Source: Candidatus Peribacter sp. UBA6535
GTDB lineage: Bacteria > Patescibacteriota > Gracilibacteria > Peribacterales > Peribacteraceae
NCBI GenBank assembly: GCA_002436205.1
Contig: DJKT01000024.1
Coordinates: 1-54,863 of the forward strand
Direction of reading: 5' to 3'
DNA length: 54,863 nucleotides
Part shown: in pieces, positions 42,071-51,471 of the stretch
How the letters are laid out: each line of letters starts with the position of its first letter
How positions within the stretch are numbered: the stretch's first letter is position 1
Program-made: the position numbers and the translations under genes
The notes under the pieces: generated by a model
Database searches by the model: none
What the model saw: only the letters and a program-made list of their open reading frames with translations
Told to the model about the DNA's origin: nothing

Positions 42071-43975
42071 ATGGCAAGTGTCGCGAGCATTCAATTGGCT
42101 CCTGTTCTCGACCGACTCGGAGAGTCCGGAGCGTCGTACGATATCGCGCGTCTTGGGCGTGCATTTGCATTGGCACAATCTGCATACAGCGATGCCCTGC
42201 ATTGGACCGGTGAGAGTGTCACAGATCATACGCTGGGAATTTTAGAGGAACTCACTCCTTTTGAACCAGACGAAGATACGGTGATAGCTTGTCTGCTTCA
42301 TCATATGTTGGAACAGAAAGCCATGACACTTGTAGAGCTGGAGCAGCAGTTTGGTCCAAAGGTTCGTTCTTTGGTTTCGGGTATTCACCTGCTTTCCCAT
42401 GTCACACTAGAAGGACGCCGACGATCTATAGAAGATTTACGCATCATGCTTCTTTCTGTCTCTGATGACATTCGTGTGTTGCTTGTCTGTTTGTGTGATC
42501 GAGTGCACTGCTTAAGGCATACTAAGAACATGGACCCTTCACAGGCGAAGCGTCTTTCTCAGGATGTATTGCAATTGTTTGCACCTGTTGCCGCAAGACT
42601 TGGTATTTACTCTATAAAACACACACTGGAAAACTCAGCTTTCCCAATTTTGTATGAGAGTGATAGCGAGCACATTGCACAGCAACTGCAGCGTATGCAC
42701 AGTGAGCATCCGGATTTTCTTGAGCAGTCGTGCAGTGTATTGCAGACATTCTTGAAAGAGCAGGGCATAGAGGCAACTGTTGATTCTCGTGAGAAGCAGG
42801 CCTTTAGTATTTTCCAGAAGATGCGCAGTAAATCACTGACGAACATCGAAGACATCTACGATCTTTTTGCACTGCGTGTCATCGTTAAAAATGAGGAGGA
42901 TTGTTACCGTGTACTAGGGCTGCTACATAGACTTGGTCGCCCGCTTGCCAACCGCTTTAAGGATTACATCTCGTTTCCAAAGCCCAATGGATACCAGAGT
43001 TTGCACACAACACTTGCAGGTTTTGCGGACCTTCCGGAGAACTATTTTATGGAAGTGCAAATTCGTACGAAGGAGATGAATCGTGAGGCAAAGTATGGTG
43101 TGGCTGCGCACTGGAGTTACAAAGAAGCCGGTGCAACAGCGCGTGCAATGGAGAAAGTGCAGTTGCATTCTATGCTAGTAAGCCAGGAGTCTGTGGGAGA
43201 AAGCCAAAAGCCTCAATCGTTTGCGGATCATATCTTTGTTCTTACGCCACGTGGAGATATTGTGGAACTTCCGGAAGGTGCTACACCTTTGGACTTTGCA
43301 TTCCAAGTGCATACAGATCTGGGACTTTCATTTCGCAATGCTCGTGTGAATAGCTCTATTGTTCCGCTGGATTATCAGTTGGAAAATGGTGATGTTGTAG
43401 AGATCCAAAAACACGGTTCTCCAAAACCATCTACCAAATGGATGCAGATGCTTAAGATGGCGAGTAGTCGAAGCAAATTGCGACGCTATCTGTATGTTCA
43501 GGAGCGGCCACAACTTATTGCTGCAGGTCGAGAGTTGATCAATGCGGAATTTAAGAAAAGGGGACTTGCACCTTTAACGACTGATCTTGCAGTATTACGA
43601 GAGTGTGATGGTGAAACGCTTACGTTTACACAAAGAGAGGATCTACTCATGAAACTTGGTCAGGGTGCAGAGCGTGTATCTACTGTTCCTGCACGTTTGG
43701 GACTTCTTTCTCAGGAGGAAATAGCTCGCGAGGCATCTCCAAAAAAGAAAGCAGTGCACACAGAGAGGCAGCAGCGTAAAGATGCTTTGGTTGGTATTGA
43801 TGGTGGTCTTGCAATGCCGCTACGCTACGCAAAATGCTGTGCGTCTCAAGAGAGTCCACGTGTGCAGATCGTCGGTAACATTAATCGTGAAGGAGAGGTA
43901 ATGATTCACAGAGATCGTTGCCGTATGTTTGCCAATACAAATCCGGAACGTAGGGTAAAGGTGTGGTGGAAATAG
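42071..43975 (+). CDS. RelA/SpoT family (p)ppGpp synthetase (degenerate HD domain, TGS, no ACT)
   Basis: APVAARLG, DLFALR, RFKDYI..PKPNGYQSLHT, EVQIRT, G.AAHW.YK, TGS GATPLDFAF. Confidence 0.93.
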   Translation: MASVASIQLAPVLDRLGESGASYDIARLGRAFALAQSAYSDALHWTGESVTDHTLGILEELTPFEPDEDTVIACLLHHMLEQKAMTLVELEQQFGPKVRSLVSGIHLLSHVTLEGRRRSIEDLRIMLLSVSDDIRVLLVCLCDRVHCLRHTKNMDPSQAKRLSQDVLQLFAPVAARLGIYSIKHTLENSAFPILYESDSEHIAQQLQRMHSEHPDFLEQSCSVLQTFLKEQGIEATVDSREKQAFSIFQKMRSKSLTNIEDIYDLFALRVIVKNEEDCYRVLGLLHRLGRPLANRFKDYISFPKPNGYQSLHTTLAGFADLPENYFMEVQIRTKEMNREAKYGVAAHWSYKEAGATARAMEKVQLHSMLVSQESVGESQKPQSFADHIFVLTPRGDIVELPEGATPLDFAFQVHTDLGLSFRNARVNSSIVPLDYQLENGDVVEIQKHGSPKPSTKWMQMLKMASSRSKLRRYLYVQERPQLIAAGRELINAEFKKRGLAPLTTDLAVLRECDGETLTFTQREDLLMKLGQGAERVSTVPARLGLLSQEEIAREASPKKKAVHTERQQRKDALVGIDGGLAMPLRYAKCCASQESPRVQIVGNINREGEVMIHRDRCRMFANTNPERRVKVWWK

Positions 43976-43976
43976 C

Positions 43977-45254
43977 TTACGCTAGCATTCCCTCCAATGC
44001 TTTTTCTACTTTCTTCTGCCACTTGAGCTGCTCGTAGGCTTGCGCACCTTTTTGGTAGGCAGACTCTACTTCTTTACGTTGCTCAGGCGTTGCTTGTCCT
44101 AAAAATCCTTCTACGATTTGATCCATCTCTTCGTCGGTGACATCAATATCCTTTTCTTCTACAAGTTGTTGCATTCCGAGCCTGAGTGTCAGGCGTTGCT
44201 CAGCCTGCGCTTTCATGTCAGTCAGAACTTCTTCGGGCTTTTTACCAGATGCCTGCATCCACTGTTCCATATTCATACCCTGCTGGCCTAGTTGCTGTTC
44301 GAATTCACCAACCATCTGACGGGTTTCCTCATCAATCAGTTCAGCTGCAAGTTCTACCTTTGTGCATTTTGTAAGCTCTTCCATCAGAAGCCTCTCTCGA
44401 CGCTGGCTTTCCATTGTAACTTCTTGCTGCTGCATGGATTCCTTCACTTGCTTTTTGAAGTCTTCAACAGACTCAGCTTGGAGTTCTTTTTTTGCAAATT
44501 CATCAGTGAGCTCGGGGCGCAAAACCTCCTCTACCTTTACAACTGTGACATGGAATGTCACAGGCTTGTTTTGTAGCTGCTCTGCGTGATATTTCTCTGG
44601 GAAGGTAAGCGTGAATTCTTTTTCTTCACCTTTCTTTACTCCCTTCAGATTATCTTCAAACCCTGGGATAAGAACTTTTGATCCGATCTCTACCTGATGC
44701 CCTTCGGTGCGAATACCCTCTATTTCTTTCTTGTCTTCACCTGTTCCATAAAAGTTCATCGTAATCATATCTCCTTGCTTTGCTTCGCGATCTACTTCGG
44801 TGTTTTGCTTATTTTTATCCAGTACGAAGTCGATCATCTTCTGGAGTTCTTTTTCGTCCACTTCCGGATTTTTCTTCTCGATTTTGATCTTATTGACACC
44901 CTTCAGGCTGACCTCTGGCTTTTCGATGAAGACAATCTTCAGTGTGAGAGGTTCTCTGGTTACAGCTTCTACCTGTGGATGAATAATCGGCTTGATGTCT
45001 TGCTCCTTAATCAGCTTCTCAAAAGCTGGTGGCAGAATGTGGTGCACCGTAGCCTCAAAGAGCTTTTGTGGATCGATCTTCTCTTTTGCCTGATCCATTG
45101 GGACATTCCCTTTGCGAAATCCAGGCAATTCAATATCACGACTAAGCTCATGCAGAGCTTTTTCTTCTGCAGGGGCAATTTCTGCTTCTGTAAAGGTGAC
45201 CACGCATTCGACGCGTCCTCCTTTGAGCCGTTTGACGTCTGGACCATCTGACAT
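43977..45254 (-). CDS. tig: Trigger factor
   Basis: LPGFRKG ribosome-binding motif, FKBP domain IPGFED...FPE.YHA. Confidence 0.95.
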   Translation of the reverse strand: MSDGPDVKRLKGGRVECVVTFTEAEIAPAEEKALHELSRDIELPGFRKGNVPMDQAKEKIDPQKLFEATVHHILPPAFEKLIKEQDIKPIIHPQVEAVTREPLTLKIVFIEKPEVSLKGVNKIKIEKKNPEVDEKELQKMIDFVLDKNKQNTEVDREAKQGDMITMNFYGTGEDKKEIEGIRTEGHQVEIGSKVLIPGFEDNLKGVKKGEEKEFTLTFPEKYHAEQLQNKPVTFHVTVVKVEEVLRPELTDEFAKKELQAESVEDFKKQVKESMQQQEVTMESQRRERLLMEELTKCTKVELAAELIDEETRQMVGEFEQQLGQQGMNMEQWMQASGKKPEEVLTDMKAQAEQRLTLRLGMQQLVEEKDIDVTDEEMDQIVEGFLGQATPEQRKEVESAYQKGAQAYEQLKWQKKVEKALEGMLA

Positions 45255-45333
45255 TGATCAGGAGCTTACAGGAAGTACTGCCCGTGAACAGTGATTATTG
45301 AGATTTTTTGCTTAGATGCAGGAGTCTTCTCTT

Positions 45334-45503
45334 TGTTACTTTTCAGATGAAAAGTAACCAAAAATCTTTGCCACTGATGTGGACGAAGAAATATCAAGAG
45401 AACAGAAATGTATGCTCCTGGACGAAGTCTGCTGCGCAGCTTCGCACTGCGTCACTAAATGGATTATTCATGAGGGGTGATCTTCGTCCACATTACAGTG
45501 GCA
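45334..45503 (+). repeat. Structured ~170-bp dispersed repeat, family B, copy 2
   Basis: GTTACTTTTC-AGAT-GAAAAGTAAC head hairpin, long stem TGCCACTG.TGTGGACGAAG / CTTCGTCCACATTACAGTGGCA; matches 27645-27812 in reverse. Confidence 0.88.
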
Positions 45504-45536
45504 GGGCAGACGGCCTCGTTTTTTTAAAACAGTGCA

Positions 45537-45588
45537 CCCCTCTCCTGGAAAGGAGTTAGGGGTGGAAGGAGAGGGGCTGGGGGTGAGG
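45537..45588 (-). repeat. REP-like element (CCTCACCCCCAGCCCCTCTCC...GGAGAGGGG)
   Basis: CCCCTCTCC/GGAGAGGGG stem with flanking GGGGTGAGG, directly after the secF stop. Confidence 0.65.
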
Positions 45589-45592
45589 TCAG

Positions 45593-46486
45593 TTACTGCT
45601 TTTTCTTCCAATACACCAAAAGAGGTGTTGCGAGGAATAGTGAGCTGTAGGTTCCAATTACGGCTCCGATGATCAATGTGAGCACAAACCAGCGAATACT
45701 CTCGGATCCCAGTATAAAGAGACACGATAGCATAATGAGGGTAGAGACGGAGGTATTAATGGAGCGGGTGATACTTTGGCTTAAGCTTCTATCTGCTACT
45801 TCTGCAAAATCTTCTTTGCGACCCTGTTCTGTGAGATTGTCGCGAATACGGTCGAAAATAACGATTGTGTCGTTTACGGAGTATCCAAGAATGGTGAGAA
45901 GTGCCGTAATAAAGAGCGTATCAAACTCAAATGATGTAACTTGGCTGATGAGGATGAAGATGCCTACAGTAATGAGAACATCGTGTATCAGGGTGATAAC
46001 GGCAATAATACCGAATCTCCACGGGGAGAGCTTGCGTGGCACTTTGCGAAAGGCAAATGCGATATACAGCACAATGGCGATGGCAGCGATACCCAGTGCC
46101 CAGAACGATCTCTTTTTAAGCGAAGCCCCAACCGTTGGACCAATAGTGGTGAATTGCAATTCTTTGATTTGCCCTAGCTCATTACGCAAATGACCGAGAA
46201 GAGCGAGATGTTCATCATTGCTGATATCGCGCATACGCATGAGTACAGTGCTACTTTTTGTCTTTGTAAGCGCGACATTGCCTAGTGGATTTTCACTTTC
46301 AAAGGTGCTGAGAGCTTCTTCTACATTACTTTTTTCGATGCCCTCTGGAAGCCGGATTTCTGTCATGGTTCCACCGGTGAAATCGATACTCATTTTGGGG
46401 CCTGGTATAAAGAGCAACACCGCGCTGGTAAGTACCAGTGCACTAGAAAGCCCGAGGAAGAACTTGGCAGGTTTGAGTAGTGACAT
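45593..46486 (-). CDS. secF: Protein translocase subunit SecF
   Basis: SIDFTGG, IGP.VG..L, HDV, LLTILGYSVNDTIVIFDRIR, G...GTYSS. Confidence 0.95.
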   Translation of the reverse strand: MSLLKPAKFFLGLSSALVLTSAVLLFIPGPKMSIDFTGGTMTEIRLPEGIEKSNVEEALSTFESENPLGNVALTKTKSSTVLMRMRDISNDEHLALLGHLRNELGQIKELQFTTIGPTVGASLKKRSFWALGIAAIAIVLYIAFAFRKVPRKLSPWRFGIIAVITLIHDVLITVGIFILISQVTSFEFDTLFITALLTILGYSVNDTIVIFDRIRDNLTEQGRKEDFAEVADRSLSQSITRSINTSVSTLIMLSCLFILGSESIRWFVLTLIIGAVIGTYSSLFLATPLLVYWKKKQ

Positions 46487-46509
46487 ATCGGAAGAGGACT
46501 GTAACGGTT

Positions 46510-47868
46510 TTAGGGAAGGAGATCCAGCAGATGCAGTGGATTCTCTGGAGATCCTATAGATATACTTCGCAGAATGCCATTGTGAGAGGAGGCAAACTTT
46601 AGTGTTCCTGTTCCAAATCGCAGAGAAATATCCTCTTGTGTAATAGGAAGATAGGGGAGCAGATGATGTATTTGAGAGAGATCTACTTCGGCAATAGTTG
46701 TCACGCTTTCTCTGACATTTGTTTTTTGCCTATCCAGGTTATGTTGATGTGCAATGGCATGCTCAATAGCGCTAGCTGTTGTACTCATAAGAAATTGGTT
46801 GTCATGTACTGCGGTTACTAGTCCTTTTTGACTTCCTGCTTGATGTGTTTCTTGTACAAGCCATCCATCTTTTTTGTATTGATCACGCTCAATCATCTCG
46901 GCAGAGTGTCGAATATCTATGGAGCTAAACCTTTTATCAAGAATGCGTTTGGTAATTTTTGATGTTTGTAATGTGTTTGCGAATGCTATGTGCAGTCTTT
47001 CCAGTATTCCTTGGAGCGGCTTTACCTCGTTCATTGATCCACTGAGCAGCACAGTAAGCGTTCCACCTGTAGCACTCATTTGGATGCTGGAAGGTTGCTC
47101 CAAAAGTGGTAGCAGTTCATAAGAGAAACTCATACCTTCTTCAAAGTACAGTAATGAAGTCCCCAGTATTCCTTCGAAAATCAATGCGTCTTCGGGGTGA
47201 AGATTTTTTTGCAGATCCAGAAGTGATTTTTTACCATTTCCCATACTGATGCGTATAAATGCATCGGCCATATCAGGAATATGTATTACAGCTTCATTTT
47301 CTGGATTTGATTTTTCGATGTGCCGTATAACGATGCCATCAGTATTATGTATTAAGGCAACTCCGGTATTTTTAGCAAAGAGTATCGCCCGCAATATGCG
47401 TGTGAGGAGACTGCCATTTTCTAATGGTTTCATTGGAGATAGATACGTCCAATGGTCATCGGACGCTTGGTGTTGTTCCAGTGTTCTATAATTCGTATCT
47501 GCACTGAGAGGTTTTTGATGGTGATCTATCAGAGCACGTATGCGTTCGTCACTTACTTGCACACTGTACGGTCCGATAGACTCGTTTCCTTTTAGCGCAC
47601 TTCTTCTAAACAGAGCATTGCCTTCGGTAAATAGTGCGATAGCCTCTATGCCTTCTAGATCGAGAGATTTGACCGTCGGGAATTCCTTCAGTGTTTTGTA
47701 TGAGGGGTGATGGAGTACCGCTTTGATATCTGTCTTTTGTACAAAGTCTGCAGGACTTTTCCCTAAGGCCGTCAGATTGGTTACAAGCCCAATTAGGGTA
47801 GCAAGCACAAGGGCACTTCCTGCCATAGCAGCAACAATGAGAATTGCGGTCCGAAGCAAGCGGTTCAT
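46510..47868 (-). CDS. Hypothetical protein with N-terminal membrane anchor
   Basis: 452-aa ORF, N-terminal hydrophobic helix; no SecD motifs. Confidence 0.7.
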   Translation of the reverse strand: MNRLLRTAILIVAAMAGSALVLATLIGLVTNLTALGKSPADFVQKTDIKAVLHHPSYKTLKEFPTVKSLDLEGIEAIALFTEGNALFRRSALKGNESIGPYSVQVSDERIRALIDHHQKPLSADTNYRTLEQHQASDDHWTYLSPMKPLENGSLLTRILRAILFAKNTGVALIHNTDGIVIRHIEKSNPENEAVIHIPDMADAFIRISMGNGKKSLLDLQKNLHPEDALIFEGILGTSLLYFEEGMSFSYELLPLLEQPSSIQMSATGGTLTVLLSGSMNEVKPLQGILERLHIAFANTLQTSKITKRILDKRFSSIDIRHSAEMIERDQYKKDGWLVQETHQAGSQKGLVTAVHDNQFLMSTTASAIEHAIAHQHNLDRQKTNVRESVTTIAEVDLSQIHHLLPYLPITQEDISLRFGTGTLKFASSHNGILRSISIGSPENPLHLLDLLP

Positions 47869-47873
47869 AGAAT

Positions 47874-47908
47874 CAGCTTATAGCTAATAGTATCTAGCTG
47901 ATAGGGGA
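47874..47908. repeat. Heptamer tract
   Basis: cagctta tagctaa tagtatc tagctga tagggga. Confidence 0.7.
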
Positions 47909-47966
47909 TTCTCTGTACAATAAATGTATTCATAACATCATTCTACCTCGTGTCTATTTCAATTGA

Positions 47967-47995
47967 TTGCAGGTTATTCCTCTACCACGTAAAAT
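47967..47995 (+). promoter_or_regulatory. Sigma70-like promoter upstream of the candidate ncRNA
   Basis: TTGCAG (47967-72), 17-bp spacer, TAAAAT (47990-95). Confidence 0.6.
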
Positions 47996-48000
47996 GATCT

Positions 48001-48403
48001 GATTTGCCTCATAAAAGGCTAATCAAACACAAAAACAGATCCTTTAAAACAAAACATACACAAACATAAAAAAGGCCCGGGAGGGCACTGCGCATGGGAA
48101 ACGTGCTCGGCGCCCTCTCTGCTCTGTGATGTCGTTTCGTAGATGAGAGGTTGCTCTGCGAAATGCTTCCATTAATTCTCTATGGTTCCCTTAGCTTCGG
48201 CTTTGTTTTGGAGCCTGTCCCGGAGGACTCGTTGGGTAGCGAGTATAAACGAGATACCGTAACAAGGCAGGGTTTCGAGATTACCTCATCTCATCGTTAT
48301 CTTTCATTTCGCTCGTAACTCCCTTCTCTTAGAATAGTTACAGATAGCCCCGCGAAGATGACACAATCAAAAAAGGCCAGAGATACTTGTTCTGGTCTTT
48401 TTT
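48001..48403 (+). ncRNA. Candidate structured non-coding RNA (~400 nt), family not recognised
   Basis: No ORF of 60 aa or more; promoter upstream, terminator at 48369-48403; nested stems with G-U pairs on the + strand, GAAA and C(UUCG)G loops. Confidence 0.55.
48369..48403. terminator. Bidirectional intrinsic terminator
   Basis: AAAAAAGGCCAGA...TCTGGTCTTTTTT. Confidence 0.8.
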
Positions 48404-48456
48404 GTTAATTCATGAGGGACAAACCTGCGGTTTTTCCCTCAGGGGCTCCCTTTTCC

Positions 48457-49698
48457 CTAGAGCGATTGAAGTTTTTCCTGTAATCCAGGAAGATTTGGAT
48501 TGAGCTTGAGGGCTTTTTCGTAGGCGGCTTTTGCTTCTGCTTTCTTTTCAAGTTGAGCAGCGACTGTGCCAAGAAGTTCAAAAGACCTCGCATTCTTCGG
48601 CCACTTTTCTGTGGCAAGTTTTGCTTTTTGCAGTGCCTCCTCTGCCTGACCGAGTGCTGCTGCTGCTGTGACATAGCCCTGGTAACTTTCAAACGTCGCA
48701 TTTGGATCGTTGGTCAGTGCTTCGTATTGGTCTACTGCCAGACCGGCATTACCTATCTCCAGTGCGTACCTCGCAATGAGCCTGCGTACTTCTCCCTGAG
48801 GAATAAACCCATTTGTCAGTGCGTATTCGAAGAACGTAATAGCGTTTTGGTATTCGTGCAGAGCAGCGTAAGCCCTCGCAAGGAAGTATTGGATTTCTGG
48901 TTTCTGTGGATCCAACGAATATGCTTGTTCCATAGAGGCGAGGGATTGCTCCGGTCGCTCGGTTGTCAGTTCACAGTACCCTTGTACGACCCAAGCATCT
49001 CGGTAATCTTCTTTGGTACTGGTTACCTGTATCAGAAGTGGCAGAGCCAGCTCACACTCTTGCACCTGCGCAAGAGCACGGGAGAGCAAAGTAATAAGAT
49101 GAATGTCTGTACCATTGGGAAAGAGGGCAAATTCATCGTATGCAGCATTTAGCGTACGTGCATAGCTGCGTAGTACGGGGTCCCATCCATTAATAGTAAG
49201 AGCCAACTCTTGTAGTGCACGTTCGTGGCTGCCTTGAATAATAGTGAGGAGTGCAAGTCCGTAGTGTTTCTGCGGGGAATCATCGGCACTCTCCAGAACT
49301 TTCTTGGCATCTACCAGCTCTCCTGCACGCAGCTGAATAATGATTTCCAGAAGCAATACATCCTCGGGTCTAGCCCCTTCATTTTTGAGTTTCTTGAGTG
49401 TAGAACGTATGCCTTTCATATCTCTCCTTTGCAGTTGAGCTTGAGCAAGTTTACGAAGAGCGGCTAGTCCTCCTCCACTCTTTACTGCAGACTCGTATTG
49501 CTCCTGGGCTTCTTCCCATTCACCACGCAGTGCGTAGATATCTCCTTGTCGTAGATGCAGCAAGGAGGCGTCATCACTATCAATAGGAATATCACTTACG
49601 GTTGGGATTGGTGCACCGAGCAAATCAGTATCCGTAAATTTCTGCCCACTGAGTTGCAGTGTAGATTGTGTGAGCTGCCACCAAAGAAATGCCATCAA
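48457..49698 (-). CDS. Tetratricopeptide repeat protein (true start uncertain)
   Basis: Multiple TPR-like motifs (A..LDP.., Y.LA.AY, LG.., AYEKALKLNP); the frame stays open upstream through a TM segment. Confidence 0.85.
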   Translation of the reverse strand: MMAFLWWQLTQSTLQLSGQKFTDTDLLGAPIPTVSDIPIDSDDASLLHLRQGDIYALRGEWEEAQEQYESAVKSGGGLAALRKLAQAQLQRRDMKGIRSTLKKLKNEGARPEDVLLLEIIIQLRAGELVDAKKVLESADDSPQKHYGLALLTIIQGSHERALQELALTINGWDPVLRSYARTLNAAYDEFALFPNGTDIHLITLLSRALAQVQECELALPLLIQVTSTKEDYRDAWVVQGYCELTTERPEQSLASMEQAYSLDPQKPEIQYFLARAYAALHEYQNAITFFEYALTNGFIPQGEVRRLIARYALEIGNAGLAVDQYEALTNDPNATFESYQGYVTAAAALGQAEEALQKAKLATEKWPKNARSFELLGTVAAQLEKKAEAKAAYEKALKLNPNLPGLQEKLQSL

Positions 49699-49757
49699 GA
49701 GACCTGCGCATGCGGAGGCAAGTAGTACGGGGGCGATAATGCGGATAGGAATTTTGA

Positions 49758-49854
49758 TAGGGATTAGGGGTTAGTAGCTAGGGACTAGGGAAGTATTGCA
49801 AAAACTATACAAGTTTTCATCCCCAACTACTAACTACTAATCCCCAAGCCCCTA
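49758..49854. repeat. Inverted pair of heptamer tracts enclosing ~27 bp
   Basis: tagggat taggggt tagtagc tagggac tagggaa ... tccccaa ctactaa ctactaa tccccaa gccccta. Confidence 0.85.
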
Positions 49855-50466
49855 TTCCATTGCTGGGCTCAACTCTCCATCCTCGCTGGATTCTGCACCT
49901 ACGGATTCTTTTGTTGCGGCATCGGCAACGTGTTTAGGGATTACTGCTTCTATTGCTCCCCACGTTGCTTCTATATCTGATGGAACCAAGATGGTGACTT
50001 GGTCACCAACTTCTGCACGGTAGAATGTCACCGATGCCAGAAGTACACGGTATACTTTTCCATCTGCGAGTATTTTGTACTGACCATCTTCTTGAATCAG
50101 TACACCCATTACTGTTTTTCTATTAATAGGGGAGATCTGTTTATAGATGAATTTTCCTTCATCTGTAATGGTGAGCTTCATGCCATCACCCTCTACGAGT
50201 TTGCTTTTGGAAGCGTAGTTTGCAGGAACCGGATAGCTCTGCCCTTCTCCATCCATCATGTTCTGTCCGTCGAATATTCCCTCGACTACTTTACCTTCTG
50301 TACTTGAGGATGCAGCGCTTGTGGTAGCACTTGCGCGTGCAACGTGACGTTCTTTGTCTGTATCAATAACACCCGTCAAATCTCGCATAAGTGCATTGGC
50401 TGTCTTTAGAGATGCAGAAGCACTATCGATGAGTTCTTGAATCTGTAGTAGCTTGTCTTCTGACAT
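49852..50466 (-). CDS. Conserved hypothetical protein (N-terminal coiled coil plus EG.FDG..M / YPVPANYASKSKLVEGD domain)
   Basis: 204-aa ORF with a motif I recognise as common in CPR genomes; function unknown. Confidence 0.75.
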   Translation of the reverse strand: MSEDKLLQIQELIDSASASLKTANALMRDLTGVIDTDKERHVARASATTSAASSSTEGKVVEGIFDGQNMMDGEGQSYPVPANYASKSKLVEGDGMKLTITDEGKFIYKQISPINRKTVMGVLIQEDGQYKILADGKVYRVLLASVTFYRAEVGDQVTILVPSDIEATWGAIEAVIPKHVADAATKESVGAESSEDGELSPAME

Positions 50467-50471
50467 GGGAA

Positions 50472-51467
50472 TTACAGGGAATCGGACGTAACATTGAGAT
50501 CGAGTTCTTTCAGCCGTTTTCTGATCTCAGTGTCTGTTAGCAGTGCAGTTTGAGAGCCAATGGATCCGACTACACTTGCGGCATTTATACTACCTGTTTT
50601 TAGTGCATCTGGCAAGTTTAAGCCCTCTAGTAGCCCCCAGGTCACACCGGTACCAAACGCATCTCCGGCGCCTGTTGTATCGAGTATTTCGGTTCCTAAA
50701 ACTACTGGACAAGTGTAGATCTTATTGCCATCGGAAGCTGATACCCCTCTTTTACCATCGGTAATGGCAACGTTTGCTACTCCTGCTGCAAGAAGAGCGG
50801 CTATAGCCTCCTTTATGCTTTGTGTTTTTGTAAATGCAAGTGCCTCCTCTTTATTGAGGAGTAGTAGATCTGTGTGCCTTAAGAGTTCTCGGTTGTTGCT
50901 TGGTGTAAGCCCCTCATCTATCTGGCATCCTCCCGGATTCCATGTGAGGCGCGGCCCTCCCTCTACTGCGAGCATCTCTACGATATCATCCTGTATTACG
51001 CAGCTATCTTCTTGAATGTGATTGAGGTAGACCCAGTCCATTTGAGCGAGTTTATCTTTATCAAATGTGACGTCGTGCAGATGTGTATTGGTTCCGGATT
51101 CATACAGAATAACGCGTTCGCCACTATTACCCGAGAGAATAATGGAAAAGCTGCTTACTTCGTCTTCTACGATGGTGACACACTCTGTGTCCACTCCTTC
51201 TTTTTGCATATTGGTTATAAGCTTTTCTCCCCATTGATCAGAACTAACGATACCTTCGAAACATGCATCGCACCCAAGACGAGAAAGCCCGACAGATGTG
51301 TTGCTTGCTCCGCCTCCACAAGTTTCTATCAGTTGTTCTACGCGAATTTTCTCACCAAGTGGCAAAGCAAACGATTGCTCTTCTAGGCATTCATGAACAG
51401 TGCCTTTTGGTAAACGCACGAAGAGATCGTAGGTCGCGCCTCCGATGGAAAGCGTTTTCTTCCCCAT
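50472..51467 (-). CDS. PfkB family carbohydrate kinase
   Basis: GGGASN..VGLSRLG, N.EEA, DTTGAGDAF. Confidence 0.92.
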   Translation of the reverse strand: MGKKTLSIGGATYDLFVRLPKGTVHECLEEQSFALPLGEKIRVEQLIETCGGGASNTSVGLSRLGCDACFEGIVSSDQWGEKLITNMQKEGVDTECVTIVEDEVSSFSIILSGNSGERVILYESGTNTHLHDVTFDKDKLAQMDWVYLNHIQEDSCVIQDDIVEMLAVEGGPRLTWNPGGCQIDEGLTPSNNRELLRHTDLLLLNKEEALAFTKTQSIKEAIAALLAAGVANVAITDGKRGVSASDGNKIYTCPVVLGTEILDTTGAGDAFGTGVTWGLLEGLNLPDALKTGSINAASVVGSIGSQTALLTDTEIRKRLKELDLNVTSDSL

Positions 51468-51471
51468 AACA

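Noticed and set aside
48001-48403. tmRNA, RNase P RNA, SRP RNA or group II intron
   Set aside because: No tRNA-like ends, no GAGGAAAGTCC motif, no SRP helix 8 motif and no convincing domain V catalytic triad on either strand
49852-50466. Ribosomal protein L7/L12 label sometimes given to similar proteins
   Set aside because: No L7/L12 motifs; the real rplL is at 40236-40643
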